A stretch of DNA of 64,000 nucleotides from Luteimonas sp. (GTDB lineage: Bacteria > Pseudomonadota > Gammaproteobacteria > Xanthomonadales > Xanthomonadaceae), in contig JBQDAV010000004.1 of the NCBI GenBank assembly GCA_052090405.1, positions 11,345 to 75,344 on the forward strand. Direction: 5' to 3'. The notes under the pieces are model-generated. The model saw nothing but the letters and a program-made list of their open reading frames with translations, had not been told where the DNA came from and ran no database searches. This document shows positions 33,692 to 44,800 of this stretch, one piece after another. Made by a program: the position numbers and the translations under genes. How positions within the stretch are numbered: the first letter of the stretch is position 1; each line of letters opens with the position of its first letter.

Positions 33692-36600
33692 TCAGAGCAG
33701 CTGACGCCAGGACTGCCTGCCGCAGGCCCTCGGCAGGTACAAGGGTGGCGCGCCCGCGACCTGGACCACCATTGAGCATTGCGTTGCAAGCGCGTCTTCG
33801 AGGTCATCCGGGTCTGAACCCGCCGCCAATGTTCCAATCCGCGGTGCGGTCATGACAGCCACATCGCGTACCGGTGCAGTGCCGCCGGTATCCAGCGCGG
33901 CAGCGCCTGTACCCTCGCCTGGAGAGTCACCCGTAGGCGAGCCCACGGAAACCTGGGACAACGATGCCGAACCGCTCAATGCATTGAGGCCGAACAACCA
34001 GTTGAACCCCTGGGTGGAACAACCGTCCATCTCGGATGGCGCATAGGTGGGCATGAAAATGATGCCACTTTCCAATCGTGGATAACCCACGAAACGCTCT
34101 CCCGCCGGCAGATCCAGATACCAGCCCCTTTGGCCGCTGATGACGTTCGCAGACACCTTCCGGATTCCATCGTCCGCGTCGGTACTGGTGATGGTCTGTT
34201 CCAACAGCCCGTCCACCGTCATCGTGCCGGGCAACCCGGAGTCCAGGATTCCATACAACGACTGGATCGACTCGTCCGCCGGATCATGTACGAAGGAGAA
34301 GCTGCCCGTGCCGAAGTACAGCATCACTCCACCGGCCGGGCCAGCTGCCGCGGTCAGTCCACCCGTGATCGGCTGCCGGTAGTCCAGGTCACCGGACGCG
34401 GCCTGCGTGACGAATAGCGGAGTCGTTACCTCGTCGGCATCGTCACCCAGATGGAAACGCCAGACAGCACCCTTCTGGTCCGCCGCATATACCGTGTCGG
34501 CGAACCCGTCACGTCCTGGTGCGTCCTGATCGGCCCCGCTGTACCGGTCAAGCACGACGATATTTCCCAGGCCATTGGTGCCCGCGGGCGCGTCGTGCTC
34601 GTTGGCCTCGATCATGCGGATCGACGGCGGGCCATCGTCGATATCGACGATGAACAGGACCGCCTTGCCGCTGTCGCTGTTGTAGCCGTTTCCGAAGATG
34701 GCCTTCCAGCTTACGGAGCCGCCGGACCGGACCGGGACGATGACCGGACGCCCCAGGACGTTGCCCATGTTGGCCCTCACGGCGCTGGGCAGGGAGTCAT
34801 TGAGGCTGTTGATTTCCCAAAGATAATCAGAGTCGCTGAAGCTGGGAGTTGACGTGCGCGATGCAGCCGCCACGTCCAGAGCGAACACACTGCGCCCTCC
34901 TGCTCCGGTCGTCCCCACAAGGACCGTGGACCAGCTGCTGTCGTAGTAGGCATCCGACACTGCAATCGGGCCGTCCACAAAGTAGCGGTGCTGGAACTTC
35001 TGGTCACCGGCGTCGGCTTCCACATACGGGAACAGCAAGTTGCCCATGTATCCAAGCACTGACTGGGGGATGAAGCCGAAGCGCTCCCGGCCTCCCGTGG
35101 AAGTCATTACGCCGTCGTGGCCCATGCCGCCGTCAAACGCATGCAGCATGCCGTCGTTCGCACCAACGTAGACCATGGTGTTGTTGTTGTCCCGCTTGTA
35201 TTGCAGGTACTCACCGTAATCGGCAGCGGCGACAAAGCCCGAGAGCGAGCCATAACCGTAGTCGTCCCGCGGCGCGCTCACTACGGGCGTCGAATTGACG
35301 ATGCTTCCGATCGGGGTCTTGCGGTCCCGCAGCTTTCCTCCACTGCGAACCTCCTGGGAAATATCGCCCCTCAGGTAAGCAACGGCTTGTTCAACCGTGA
35401 CGTTCAGCCTGGCGGGTGGAGGCCCGAACTCATCGGGATGGCACAGCGACATTCCGCTCAGCGGGGTATCGCACAACATCTCGAAGTCGGTGATGTAGGT
35501 AGGGTTGAAGGGATGTGACTGGTTGCCGGCACCAAAGCGGATGTTCCTGCTCGCCGCAGCCGGGAGCCGCTCACTGGCCGTCCAGGCCTCGGTAAGCGAT
35601 ACGACCTGGCCGCCCGGATCCGCCTTTGCCTGGGACGCAATCAACTCACCCGACCAGTCGGTACCGTTGCTGTCCACCTCGTAGGAGGGCACTACGGACA
35701 GTGAACCCGTTCCGACCCTGGCACCCGTCAGTGCGATGGTGCCGGAGGGACTCTGGCCGCCGGTAACGGTTGCCAGGATCCTGCGCATCGCAGCGGTGAT
35801 CTCGGCGGGCGTGGTTGCATTGATGAAGTCGCCCCGGGTGTTGACCGTGGCATGCCAGATATCATCAATCGTGCTGCGCTGGTTGCTCTCGAACTTGGGC
35901 CAGGAAATATAGGGCTCCTCGAATGGATCTTGCTCGTTTTCCGGGTCGAATTCCCGGCCCCGGGCTCCAAGCGTGATGCCATAGAAGTTCATGTGCAGGT
36001 TGGATTGGCAGTTGAGCCGCGGATCCGGGTTTTCGGAATTGCAGCCATCGGGAACCGGGACCCTTCCGCTGGGGAAGTCGGAGCCCGAGCGCAGGGGAGC
36101 AACGCCCCCGTCAGTCGCGTCCCGGTAGTACTTGGTCGCGATGTCCGCAAGCGTATTGCTGTGTCCGTCCTGGAACGGAGCCCCCATGTTTCCATCGACA
36201 TTGCCGACGCTGGGCCCGGCGACATTACTGAACCCGTCGGTAAAGAGCATGCCCGCGTTCCGTTGGCACGCCAGCTGCACGGGAGCCCCCGAATTGGTGC
36301 GCTGGAACTGCTGGCCGAGCCAATCAACTGCCTGCAGGTTCGGGGTATTCCCGGACGCGCCGAGGGTCACGATCGAATCATAGAAGAGCTTCCGCTCGGT
36401 AGTACGCGCCATGTCGCGCATGTTCACTGCAACACGATTGTTGATCGTGAAATAACCCACGCTCATGTTGTTGACGGTGGCCAGGGAGTTGGTGACCGCG
36501 GCCACCATGGAACGGTTGCGGGCGCCGTAATAGGAGAACCAGTTTGCAAAGTTCTGGATCGCGGCGTCGTATGCCGCGGTGCTGGAATAGTTGCCGGGCC

Positions 36601-37519
36601 GGATTTCATACCGGTACATGTCACACCGGTCACTTCCCGACGCCCAGGAGTAAGTGCAGGCGTTCGGCGCAAGCACCCGCCTGTCCTCTCTGAAGCCATC
36701 GGGCGCGGGATAGTCCACGGGCAGGTAGAACGTCGCCGGAAAATACGCGATGTGCGCGTTGACATTACAGCTCGCTGTCACGTCGCGGGTCAGTTCCCGC
36801 CATCCAGACGCGGAGCCGCTCTTGCTGTTGGGGTTATTCAATCCACACCCGGGCGTGCCGTTGAACTCCATTCCTTCCGGCAACACCATTCCGCTTCTCA
36901 CGCGGAAAGCATGATGAGTCGCATTGCTGGATGACGTGTTCCTCCGTTCCACGGTGAGGTCGAGAACAGGGGTCGTCGTATTCGGGTCCACCCGCACAGC
37001 GGTCGGAGTGGCGTCCGGCCAGCTCACACCCAGGTGGTCCTTCCATGGCTGATAGGGAGTGTCGGGGTCAAAGTAGGCCCGGTTGTACACGTGCGACCGG
37101 GAAAACCCGAACGCGTCGATGGGCGGAATGGCGGCGTTGTCATTGGTGGCATTTGCCTGCCTGGGCGCTGGATACGGAGCGACGTGCACGAATTGCCGGC
37201 TGCTATCGCTCACCCGGAGACTGCCGGCTTCTGTGCCGCTGGCATAGAAAAAGCTGGCGTTGTTACCGGTCCCCCCCCACAGCGCACCGCCGTCGCGACT
37301 GGGGAAAAGCGTCTGGAACCGCATCGATCCGGAGTCATCCAGCGCCATGATGAACGAGGCAGGCACCTGCACCTGGCTGTTCAAGGGAGCCTGCGCCAGC
37401 ACGCCCTGCCCCTGCACGGCAAACACCGAGTAGAGGAAGTAACCCGTGGCGGCCAACGCCGTCAGGCTACCTGCGAGGGTAAGCTTCAGTCGTCGTGACT
37501 TGTTTTGATTCAAGGCCAT
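33692..37519 (-). CDS. pilY1: Type IV pilus tip adhesin PilY1
   Basis: Start MALNQ at 37519; vWA MIDAS-like LDDSGSM, QNFANWFSYY, VYVGANDGMLHAF, YFVDG, IFGNGY, DGFADTVYAAD, YFGTG, GWYLDL. Confidence 0.93.
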   Translation of the reverse strand: MALNQNKSRRLKLTLAGSLTALAATGYFLYSVFAVQGQGVLAQAPLNSQVQVPASFIMALDDSGSMRFQTLFPSRDGGALWGGTGNNASFFYASGTEAGSLRVSDSSRQFVHVAPYPAPRQANATNDNAAIPPIDAFGFSRSHVYNRAYFDPDTPYQPWKDHLGVSWPDATPTAVRVDPNTTTPVLDLTVERRNTSSSNATHHAFRVRSGMVLPEGMEFNGTPGCGLNNPNSKSGSASGWRELTRDVTASCNVNAHIAYFPATFYLPVDYPAPDGFREDRRVLAPNACTYSWASGSDRCDMYRYEIRPGNYSSTAAYDAAIQNFANWFSYYGARNRSMVAAVTNSLATVNNMSVGYFTINNRVAVNMRDMARTTERKLFYDSIVTLGASGNTPNLQAVDWLGQQFQRTNSGAPVQLACQRNAGMLFTDGFSNVAGPSVGNVDGNMGAPFQDGHSNTLADIATKYYRDATDGGVAPLRSGSDFPSGRVPVPDGCNSENPDPRLNCQSNLHMNFYGITLGARGREFDPENEQDPFEEPYISWPKFESNQRSTIDDIWHATVNTRGDFINATTPAEITAAMRRILATVTGGQSPSGTIALTGARVGTGSLSVVPSYEVDSNGTDWSGELIASQAKADPGGQVVSLTEAWTASERLPAAASRNIRFGAGNQSHPFNPTYITDFEMLCDTPLSGMSLCHPDEFGPPPARLNVTVEQAVAYLRGDISQEVRSGGKLRDRKTPIGSIVNSTPVVSAPRDDYGYGSLSGFVAAADYGEYLQYKRDNNNTMVYVGANDGMLHAFDGGMGHDGVMTSTGGRERFGFIPQSVLGYMGNLLFPYVEADAGDQKFQHRYFVDGPIAVSDAYYDSSWSTVLVGTTGAGGRSVFALDVAAASRTSTPSFSDSDYLWEINSLNDSLPSAVRANMGNVLGRPVIVPVRSGGSVSWKAIFGNGYNSDSGKAVLFIVDIDDGPPSIRMIEANEHDAPAGTNGLGNIVVLDRYSGADQDAPGRDGFADTVYAADQKGAVWRFHLGDDADEVTTPLFVTQAASGDLDYRQPITGGLTAAAGPAGGVMLYFGTGSFSFVHDPADESIQSLYGILDSGLPGTMTVDGLLEQTITSTDADDGIRKVSANVISGQRGWYLDLPAGERFVGYPRLESGIIFMPTYAPSEMDGCSTQGFNWLFGLNALSGSASLSQVSVGSPTGDSPGEGTGAAALDTGGTAPVRDVAVMTAPRIGTLAAGSDPDDLEDALATQCSMVVQVAGAPPLYLPRACGRQSWRQLL

Positions 37520-37529
37520 CTCGCGCTCC

Positions 37530-38063
37530 TCAGGGCCTGAAAATGGTGTCGATCGCCGCCGATGACGTCGGACTTGGCCTGGGATTGCCGACGCCAGGAT
37601 CCAAATCAACCGCGTCGGTCGAATAGGCGGTGATCTGATAGATGGGGTTCGGGTCCTCATTGAGGGGAGCCCCCATGTCCAGGGCCGTGTTGCCGCTGAT
37701 GCACGGCCCGATCAGCCGGGTATTGATTTCAGGAACGGCTGCCATGGAACGGTTGTCGGCCCAGTTCAGGGGGTCGAAGTTGTCGTCGCAAACCTGGTCA
37801 GGCGTCACCGTCGGGCAGCCGCTGGTCATGGTGCGATTGACCAGGTCTTCGATGCCGCACTCGGTGCGCCGGGCAATGCCTTCGGCGTTCTGGAATGCCA
37901 CGTTCAACGCACGGTAGCTGGCAGCCATCCGCTCCTGCATTCCCGCCACCTGCATTCCCACGATGCCCAGCAGCGCGAGTAGCACCAGCATGATCAGCGC
38001 AACGTAGAGGACGGCCCCGTTCTGACGGACAGGCAGGCGCGGTGATTCACGTCGGGAAAGCAT
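37530..38063 (-). CDS. pilX: Type IV minor pilin PilX
   Basis: QNG|AVLYVALIMLVLL (no Glu5), QERMA, AFQNAE. Confidence 0.9.
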   Translation of the reverse strand: MLSRRESPRLPVRQNGAVLYVALIMLVLLALLGIVGMQVAGMQERMAASYRALNVAFQNAEGIARRTECGIEDLVNRTMTSGCPTVTPDQVCDDNFDPLNWADNRSMAAVPEINTRLIGPCISGNTALDMGAPLNEDPNPIYQITAYSTDAVDLDPGVGNPRPSPTSSAAIDTIFRP

Positions 38064-38076
38064 TGATGACTCCTGG

Positions 38077-39216
38077 TCAATTCCCATAGAGGCGGTTGCG
38101 CAGGGCGATCGTGGTCTCATAGCCCGCCCGATACATTCCATCGTCGGCTGCCGGCGGCGTGAAGGTCACGCCCAGGACATGCCTTTGTGGGGCCTGTTCG
38201 GCAGCAGCCCGATTCGGGCTGCGTGCGAGCAACCCGACCTGGACCGCCCCCGTGCCACGCCAGTCCACCGCTCCCCAGGCTGCATCGGCAACGGAAAGCC
38301 GGTCCACGTAACCCGTCGGCGGTGCAGCGTTCAGGTCCGCATTGCGATCCATGCCAAAGACGAGCTGCAGGCTTTCGATGCCCTCGACCAGCTCCTCCGG
38401 CACATACGCGGTGCCGTTGAAAAACGCCCGGTGCAGCGCGGGCACTCCCTGCCCATTGGTAGTGACGTAATAAACAATCGACTCCGCCCGATAGAGCATC
38501 GTCTGGCCGGACGGATGGGGGGTGTAACGTCGCATCAGGTCCGTCGAACCTGCGGCCGCCCCCGCCACCGCCACATCCACCTCGCCGGCACCACCTGCCG
38601 AAGCACCACGGAATATGTCCACGTAGCTGCAATCGGCCACTCCGAAGAGAACCGGATTGGCAACGCCACCTGTAGTCAGCGAATCCCAGCGGCCGCTTGC
38701 GAGCGTCAAAACCTCGCCGCCACCAGTATCGTTGATGGCAATGACCGGCGCGCCGTTGCCCGTGAGGTAACGCAGCACCAGGATGTCGCTGTTGGCATAG
38801 GGGCCCAGCGCCTGGATTGCTGCTGGCAGTCCGGCCGGGGTACTCCCCTCGCCTATCTGCACGCTGTCACCAGGGCCCGTGCTCGGCGCCTCATAACCAT
38901 GGATGGAGACAGTGAAGTCCAATGGGTCTCCAAATGCCGGGGCGCCAAAGTGGGAAGTCAACGCTCCGGCGGACTGCAGGTGCGATTGATCGTTGACGCA
39001 CCCGTAATGCCCCGCCATACGGATATCGCGCTGCAGGAATTCCATGGCAAAACGCGCATTTTCCTGGACGCGGGCCATGCCTTCCGACATCTGGTAGGCG
39101 GTCCTGGAGGCACTAAAAACCCGGGTCAGGCCCAGCAACAAAACCGCGCCGATCGCCAGGGCAACCATGATCTCGATGAGCGACAGCCCCCGCTGCAAAC
39201 GGCGTTGCATGGTCAC
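38077..39216 (-). CDS. pilW: Type IV minor pilin PilW
   Basis: QRG|LSLIEIMVAL, QENARFA…DIRMAG, ELVEGIESLQL, C-terminal TIALRN. Confidence 0.92.
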   Translation of the reverse strand: MTMQRRLQRGLSLIEIMVALAIGAVLLLGLTRVFSASRTAYQMSEGMARVQENARFAMEFLQRDIRMAGHYGCVNDQSHLQSAGALTSHFGAPAFGDPLDFTVSIHGYEAPSTGPGDSVQIGEGSTPAGLPAAIQALGPYANSDILVLRYLTGNGAPVIAINDTGGGEVLTLASGRWDSLTTGGVANPVLFGVADCSYVDIFRGASAGGAGEVDVAVAGAAAGSTDLMRRYTPHPSGQTMLYRAESIVYYVTTNGQGVPALHRAFFNGTAYVPEELVEGIESLQLVFGMDRNADLNAAPPTGYVDRLSVADAAWGAVDWRGTGAVQVGLLARSPNRAAAEQAPQRHVLGVTFTPPAADDGMYRAGYETTIALRNRLYGN

Positions 39217-39695
39217 AGGTAGGTCTCCAGTTCGAAGCTCGTCATGGGGTCGGTTACCACTCGATCCCCCCAGCTCATCACGATGGTCACCAAGCCGGAG
39301 GTATGGTTGAACTGGACATCAACCGACGAATCCTCACCCAGGGTCCGTACCACCTGGCACTGCCAGCGGGCAACGACAGTTGCAACATCGACTTCAACGC
39401 CAGTAGGGCGCTCACAGTCACTTCCGACCGTCGCCGCATCCAGGAAGCTTGCGCTCTCGTAGTCGGCAACAGACAGCTTGTTGACACGCATCTGGTCCAG
39501 CAATTCGTAGGCAAGATTCGTCGCATGCGTGCGGTAATCCGCACTTTGCGTATAGCGCAAATTCATCGTTTGCAGCAGGGCAAAGCCCAACAGCCCGAGA
39601 GCAAGCACCAGCAGCGCCACGAGCACTTCGATCATGCTGAAGCCGGAAGCCGCCTTGCGCCGGAACGACCGGGGAAAACATTTGCGGGCGATCAT
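39213..39695 (-). CDS. pilV: Type IV minor pilin PilV
   Basis: G|FSMIEVLVAL, ATNLAYELLDQMRVN; ATGA overlap with upstream fimT/U. Confidence 0.92.
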   Translation of the reverse strand: MIARKCFPRSFRRKAASGFSMIEVLVALLVLALGLLGFALLQTMNLRYTQSADYRTHATNLAYELLDQMRVNKLSVADYESASFLDAATVGSDCERPTGVEVDVATVVARWQCQVVRTLGEDSSVDVQFNHTSGLVTIVMSWGDRVVTDPMTSFELETYL

Positions 39696-40219
39696 GAGCA
39701 TGCACCCTTGATGACCTTCACTTGGCCGGTGGCACCAAGCTCAAGATTGCGGACCAGTTGCTGCTCGCCTGGGCACTCTTCCGGCATCACGCTCAAGGTG
39801 CGCGCCTGTCCGATCCGGCGCCCCCTGTTGTCGAACCGGATCGTCACGGCCTCCGCACTGCCTCCGGGAGCATCGACATCGGTAACGAGCTTCTGATTTC
39901 CCTCGACGTAGCGCAGGACCCGATCGTCGTCCCCGCTCGGCAGTCCATCGCCGTCCATGTCAACCCAGACCATCCACCCATCGTTCCAGTCCCCTCCACA
40001 GGCCGTGCCATCGTCGGTGCTGCAGATCGCTGCGCCGCCCGGGCTGCGCAGCGCTTCGGTGCGTGCAAGCGCAAACGAGGACATGAGTTCGTTGGCAGTC
40101 GCGGTGACAAGATTCGAACGCAACGCGCCCTGGAAACTGGGCAAGCCGATGGCAAGCAGGATGGCCGTGATCGCCACCACCACCATCAGCTCAATCAGCG
40201 AAAATCCCCATTGCCGCAT
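39692..40219 (-). CDS. GspH/FimT-FimU family minor pilin (operon-leading copy)
   Basis: G|FSLIELMVVV, ARTEAL, WNDGWMVW; C-terminus GATGQVK lacks GRxR. Confidence 0.9.
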   Translation of the reverse strand: MRQWGFSLIELMVVVAITAILLAIGLPSFQGALRSNLVTATANELMSSFALARTEALRSPGGAAICSTDDGTACGGDWNDGWMVWVDMDGDGLPSGDDDRVLRYVEGNQKLVTDVDAPGGSAEAVTIRFDNRGRRIGQARTLSVMPEECPGEQQLVRNLELGATGQVKVIKGACS

Positions 40220-40293
40220 ACAACCTCCCCCGCCCGTCCAGACGGGCGCGGATCCACCCTACGCATGGTCACGGCGGTTTCAAGGCCGCTCAG

Positions 40294-40324
40294 GACGGGC
40301 GGTCGACTGGGAGGGACAAGCGAG
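40294..40324 (-). promoter_or_regulatory. Possible AlgR/LytTR-type tandem site upstream of the minor pilin operon
   Basis: GACGGGCGGT (40294-40303) and weaker GACAAGCGAG 21 bp later versus AlgR consensus GACGAACGGT. Confidence 0.3.
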
Positions 40325-40328
40325 TAAC

Positions 40329-40350
40329 GGGGCGGGCCGAGGCCCGCCCC
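40329..40350 (-). terminator. GC hairpin downstream of ppnN
   Basis: GGGGCGGGCC-ga-GGCCCGCCCC; weak U tail. Confidence 0.45.
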
Positions 40351-40376
40351 ACGGGCATCGGTAGTGACCCGTGGAG

Positions 40377-41765
40377 TCAGGTCACCACCTCATAACAAGG
40401 CCGGTACTGCCCGGAAATCTTCATCCGGCGCTGCGCCACGAACGCCCGCAGCAGCGCATCCAGCGCCTCCATCATGTCCTTGTCGCCGTGGATCTTGAAC
40501 GGCCCATGCTCCTCCACCCGGCGCATGCCGGCCTCCTTGACGTTGCCGGCCACGATTCCCGAGAACGCGCGCCGCAGGTCGGCGGCCAGCTCGAACGGCT
40601 TCCGCCCGTGGTGCAGGTCCAGCGCCGCCATCGCCTCGTGGGTGGGGATGAAGGGCTGCTGGAACTCCAGCGGGATATCCAGCGACCAGTTGAAGAAGAA
40701 CGAGTCCTTGCGTTCGATCCTGCGCTGGCGCACGTGGCGCACGCCCTGGACCATGCTGCGGGCGACGCGTTCGGGATCGGCAATGATGATCTCGTAGAGC
40801 TTCGTGGCCTCATCGCCCAGGGTCAGGCGGATGAACTGGTCGATCTGCTCGAAGTACGGCGCGGCGGAGGTCGGGCCGGTGAAGATGACCGGCAGCGCCA
40901 GGTTGGCGTTTTCCTCGCGCAGCAGCAGGCCGAGCAGGTACAGGATCTCTTCGGCCGTGCCGACGCCGCCCGGGAACACGATCACCCCGTGGCCGGTGCG
41001 GAGGAACGCCTCCAGGCGCTTCTCGATGTCCGGCATGATCACCAGGTGGTTGACGATCGGGTTGGGAGATTCGGCGGCGATGATGCCAGGCTCGGTGACA
41101 CCGACGTAGCGCGATTCATAGCGCCGCTGCTTGGCATGGGCCACGTTGGCGCCCTTCATCGGGCCCTTCATGGCGCCGGGGCCGCAGCCGGTGCAGATGT
41201 CAAAGCCGCGCAGGCCCAGCTCGTAGCCGACCAGCTTGGTGTAGTCGTATTCGCCGCGGGTAATGGAGTGGCCGCCCCAGCAGACAATCAGGTTGGGGTC
41301 GCCCGGCTGCAGGGCGCGGGCGTTGCGCAGCAGGCCGAAGACTTCATCGGTGATGCCCGCCGAGGTCACCGGCTTGTCCTCCGCGCCCTCGCCCCACTCG
41401 ATCGCGGTGTAGGCCAGGTCGCGGACCACGGCGAACAGCAGCTCGGCGATGCCCTGGATGATCTGGCCGTCGACGAAGGCCATGGCCGGGGCGTCGGTGA
41501 GGTCCAGGCGCAGGCCGCGGTCGTGCTGGGAGACCTGGATGTCGAACGTCGGGTAGAGCTCCTGCGCGGCGCGCGGGTCGTCGCTGGCGCTGCCGCTGGT
41601 GAGCACGGCCAGCGCGCAGCGGCGCAGCAGGTCGTGCAGCCCGCCCAGCGAGGCGTCCTTGAGCCGGGCGACCTCCTTGTGCGAAAGGATGTCGAGCCCG
41701 CCGTGCGGGTAGATGCGTGCGTTCTGCACCGGCACCGCCCTCGGCGCCTGCTTCTCTTCGGTCAT
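40377..41765 (-). CDS. ppnN: Nucleotide 5'-monophosphate nucleosidase PpnN (LOG family)
   Basis: LRRCALAVL, LFAVVRDL, VCWGGHSI, TGCGPGAMKGPMKGA, PDIEKRLEAF, FPGGVGTAEE. Confidence 0.93.
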   Translation of the reverse strand: MTEEKQAPRAVPVQNARIYPHGGLDILSHKEVARLKDASLGGLHDLLRRCALAVLTSGSASDDPRAAQELYPTFDIQVSQHDRGLRLDLTDAPAMAFVDGQIIQGIAELLFAVVRDLAYTAIEWGEGAEDKPVTSAGITDEVFGLLRNARALQPGDPNLIVCWGGHSITRGEYDYTKLVGYELGLRGFDICTGCGPGAMKGPMKGANVAHAKQRRYESRYVGVTEPGIIAAESPNPIVNHLVIMPDIEKRLEAFLRTGHGVIVFPGGVGTAEEILYLLGLLLREENANLALPVIFTGPTSAAPYFEQIDQFIRLTLGDEATKLYEIIIADPERVARSMVQGVRHVRQRRIERKDSFFFNWSLDIPLEFQQPFIPTHEAMAALDLHHGRKPFELAADLRRAFSGIVAGNVKEAGMRRVEEHGPFKIHGDKDMMEALDALLRAFVAQRRMKISGQYRPCYEVVT

Positions 41766-41827
41766 GTGCTTCCGTTCTTGTCGTTTATCCGGGCTGGAAC
41801 TGTAAGGCATTTGCGCCACCCCGGCAC

Positions 41828-41862
41828 AAAAGAAGACGGCCGGGGCAAGCCCGGCCGTCTTC
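41828..41862 (-). terminator. Rho-independent terminator after the Oar-like receptor
   Basis: 13-bp stem GAAGACGGCCGGG/CCCGGCCGTCTTC followed by TTTT on the minus strand. Confidence 0.85.
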
Positions 41863-41887
41863 CTGTTCCGTACTGCGGTTCGCTGGA

Positions 41888-44800
41888 TCAGAACTTGTAG
41901 CGGAAGCCCAGCTGCAGGGCCCAGCGCGACTGGCCCTCGTTATCGTAGAGCCCCGGCTCCCAGGCACCGTCGAAGTTGTACATGTACTTGCCGGTCGCCT
42001 CATCAAGGCCAACGAAGTTCACGGCGCGCAGGTCGCTGAAGGGCGACTGCTCCACGATCTGACCCCAGTCCTTGTTGATCAGGTTGCCGACGTTCATCAC
42101 GTCCAGCCAGATCTCGCTCTTGTGGCCGGCAAAGAAGCCCGGGAGCTCCTGGCTGATGCGGATGTCGAACGTGTTGATCCAGCCATTGCGGCTGCCGTTG
42201 CGCTCGGCGGCGCCGCCTGCATAACGCTGCAGGTCCGGATGCGCGGCCAGGAAGTCGAAGAAGGCCTGCTCCATCGCGGCATCCTGGACGAACACGCCGT
42301 CGTCGTTGCGGCTGCCGAACAACACGTCACCCGGGCCGTTGGGCACGTACAGCAGATCGTTGACGTAACCATCGCCGTTCATGTCGTTCATGAAGCGCCA
42401 GCTGTGCGGGCGACCGCTGCGGCCTTCGTAGAACACGGTGAAGTTGGTCTTGTAGTCACCGAAGAAGGCCTTGTCGAAGGTCAGCGTGCCGATCACGCGG
42501 TCGCGGATCTCGTAGTTCGAACGCGAGGCCACGTCTTCGTTCGGGTCGAAGATGGCGCGGGCGTTCCAGTTGGAGATGGCGCGCGAGGAGGTCAGCGGGC
42601 TGACATCCGTGCCGCGGGTGTAGGTGTAACCCAGCGACCAGGCCCAGTTGTCGATCAGCGGCTTGCTGAGGCTGAAGGAGAACTGCTGGCCGCTGCCCTT
42701 GTCGGTGTTCTTGAGCAGGATCACGCCGTCGTTGTGCCAGCCGGTGACGTCCTGGAAGCCGGGCAGCGTGTCGGCGAGGTCGGCGATGCCGACGTTGCCG
42801 TTGGCTCGCGTCCCGCTGGCCTGGTTGGACGGATTGGACAAGTACAGCGGACGACCGTCGGGGCCGATCGCGGTCGGGTCCCCAAGGTCCAGGCGCTCGA
42901 AGTGCAGGCCGTCCTTGACGCGGGTGAACAGCGCCTCGGCCGAGGCCACGATCCCGTACCAGGGCAGCTCGTGGTCGAATGCCAGGTTGGCCTTCCACAC
43001 CGACGGCTGGCGGATGCCTTCTTCCATCAGGTTGACCATCATCTGGTAGCCGGCGGCCGCATCCGGGGTGGTCGGGTTGTCCGGATCCGGGTTGAACGGC
43101 AGGCCAGCCCAGATCGCCTCGCGCTGGGCCTCGGTCAGGTCGGCATTGATGATCGAGTCGTAGCCGATCAGGCCAAACCCGCTGTTCTGGTACGAGTTGC
43201 CCACCCACACGTTGGCCGCGGCGCCCTGGAACAGGCCCACGCCACCGCGCAGCTGGCTCGGGCGCTCGGTATCGAACATGTAGTTGAAGCCGAAGCGCGG
43301 CTGCCACAGGTTCTTGTCGAGCACGTGGCGGTTGTCATAGCCGTAGGCTTCCTGCACCAGCAGGTTGTGGTCGGCCACGTCGTCCAGGTCGGGCATGTCC
43401 ACGCGCAGGCCGAACTGCAGGCTCAGGTTGTAGTTCACCGCCCAGTCGTTCTGGATGAACAGGCCCAGGTTGGCGTGCTCGTAGTTCATCGCCACGCTGT
43501 CCAGGCCGCGCCCCGGCACCGGTGCATTCAGGCGGTAATCCCAGTACTCGCCATTGCGGAAATGATCCAGGCTGGCGAACTGGTAGTTACCCCAGATGTT
43601 CTGGGCGTACATGTTGTAGATGTCATTGCGCTCCCAGTCGAAACCGAACTTGAGCGTGTGGTCGCCCAGGTACCAGTTGGCGGCACCGAAGGCGGTGTCG
43701 GTGGTGGTTTCGATCTGGTTGCCGTGGCGGAACTGGTCGGTGCCGAAGTTCAGCCAGGGCTGGTTCGGCTGGTCCGGGTCGTTGCCGTCGCCAAAGCCGA
43801 TCGACATCTGCGGCAGGCGCGAATACACGCCGCTGAGCGAATCGTAGTTGCGGCGCGAGAACTTGAACTCGGTGGAGAAATCCTGGGTCCAGTCGCTGAA
43901 CAGCTGCAGCGAGTGGCTGTTGAACTCCTTGTTGATGTCGTACCAGCGGCTGTTGAGGCCGAGCGAGTTGCCGCCCGAACCGGCCAGCACCGGGTCCACC
44001 TGCTCGGTCTGCGAGTAGCGGTAGGACATGCGGTGGTCGTCGGTGATGTTCCAGTCGAACTTGACCGCGACTTCCTCCAGCTCGGTCTTGATCCCGTCGA
44101 TGGTCTGCATCGAGCCGATGTCGATGCCGTAGACGTCGCGCGCGATCTGCTGCGCCTCGTTGATCTCGTCCTGGGTGATGTCCACGATGTTGGAGGCGCT
44201 GGAGCCGATCGGCCCGTACGAGGGCGACGGCGCGTTGCGGGTGAACTTCTCGTAGTTGGCAAAGAAGAACAGGCGGTCGCGCACCAGCGGGCCGCCGAAG
44301 GTGGCGCCGTAGGTTTCCTCGTCGGTGAAGCCGGAGAACGGCGAGCCGTCGGTGTTGTCGCGCATCCAGTCCTGGTCGCGGTACACGTAGTAGACCGAAC
44401 CGCTGAACTCGTTGGTGCCCGACTTGGTCACCGCGTCGACTACCGCGCCGGTGGCACCGGTGATGGTGACGTCATAGTTGGACAGGTCGACATTGATCGC
44501 CTCGATCGCGTCCATCGACACCGGCTGGCGCATCAGCGGGAAGTTGCTGGCCTCCAGGCCGAAGGTGTCGCTGGTGTTGACGCCGTCGATGCGGATCGCG
44601 TTGAAGCGCGGGTTCTGGCCACCGGCGGAGATTTCCATGCGGCCCTTGTCGACCTGGGCGATGCGCGGGTCCAGGCGCACGAAATCCTGCAGGTTGCGCT
44701 GGATGGTGGGCAGCGATTCGATCTGCTCCAGGCCCAGGCTGGTGCCGGCGCCCATGTTGGCGGCGCTGAAGACGTCGGACCCGGCGACTCCCGTGGCGAC

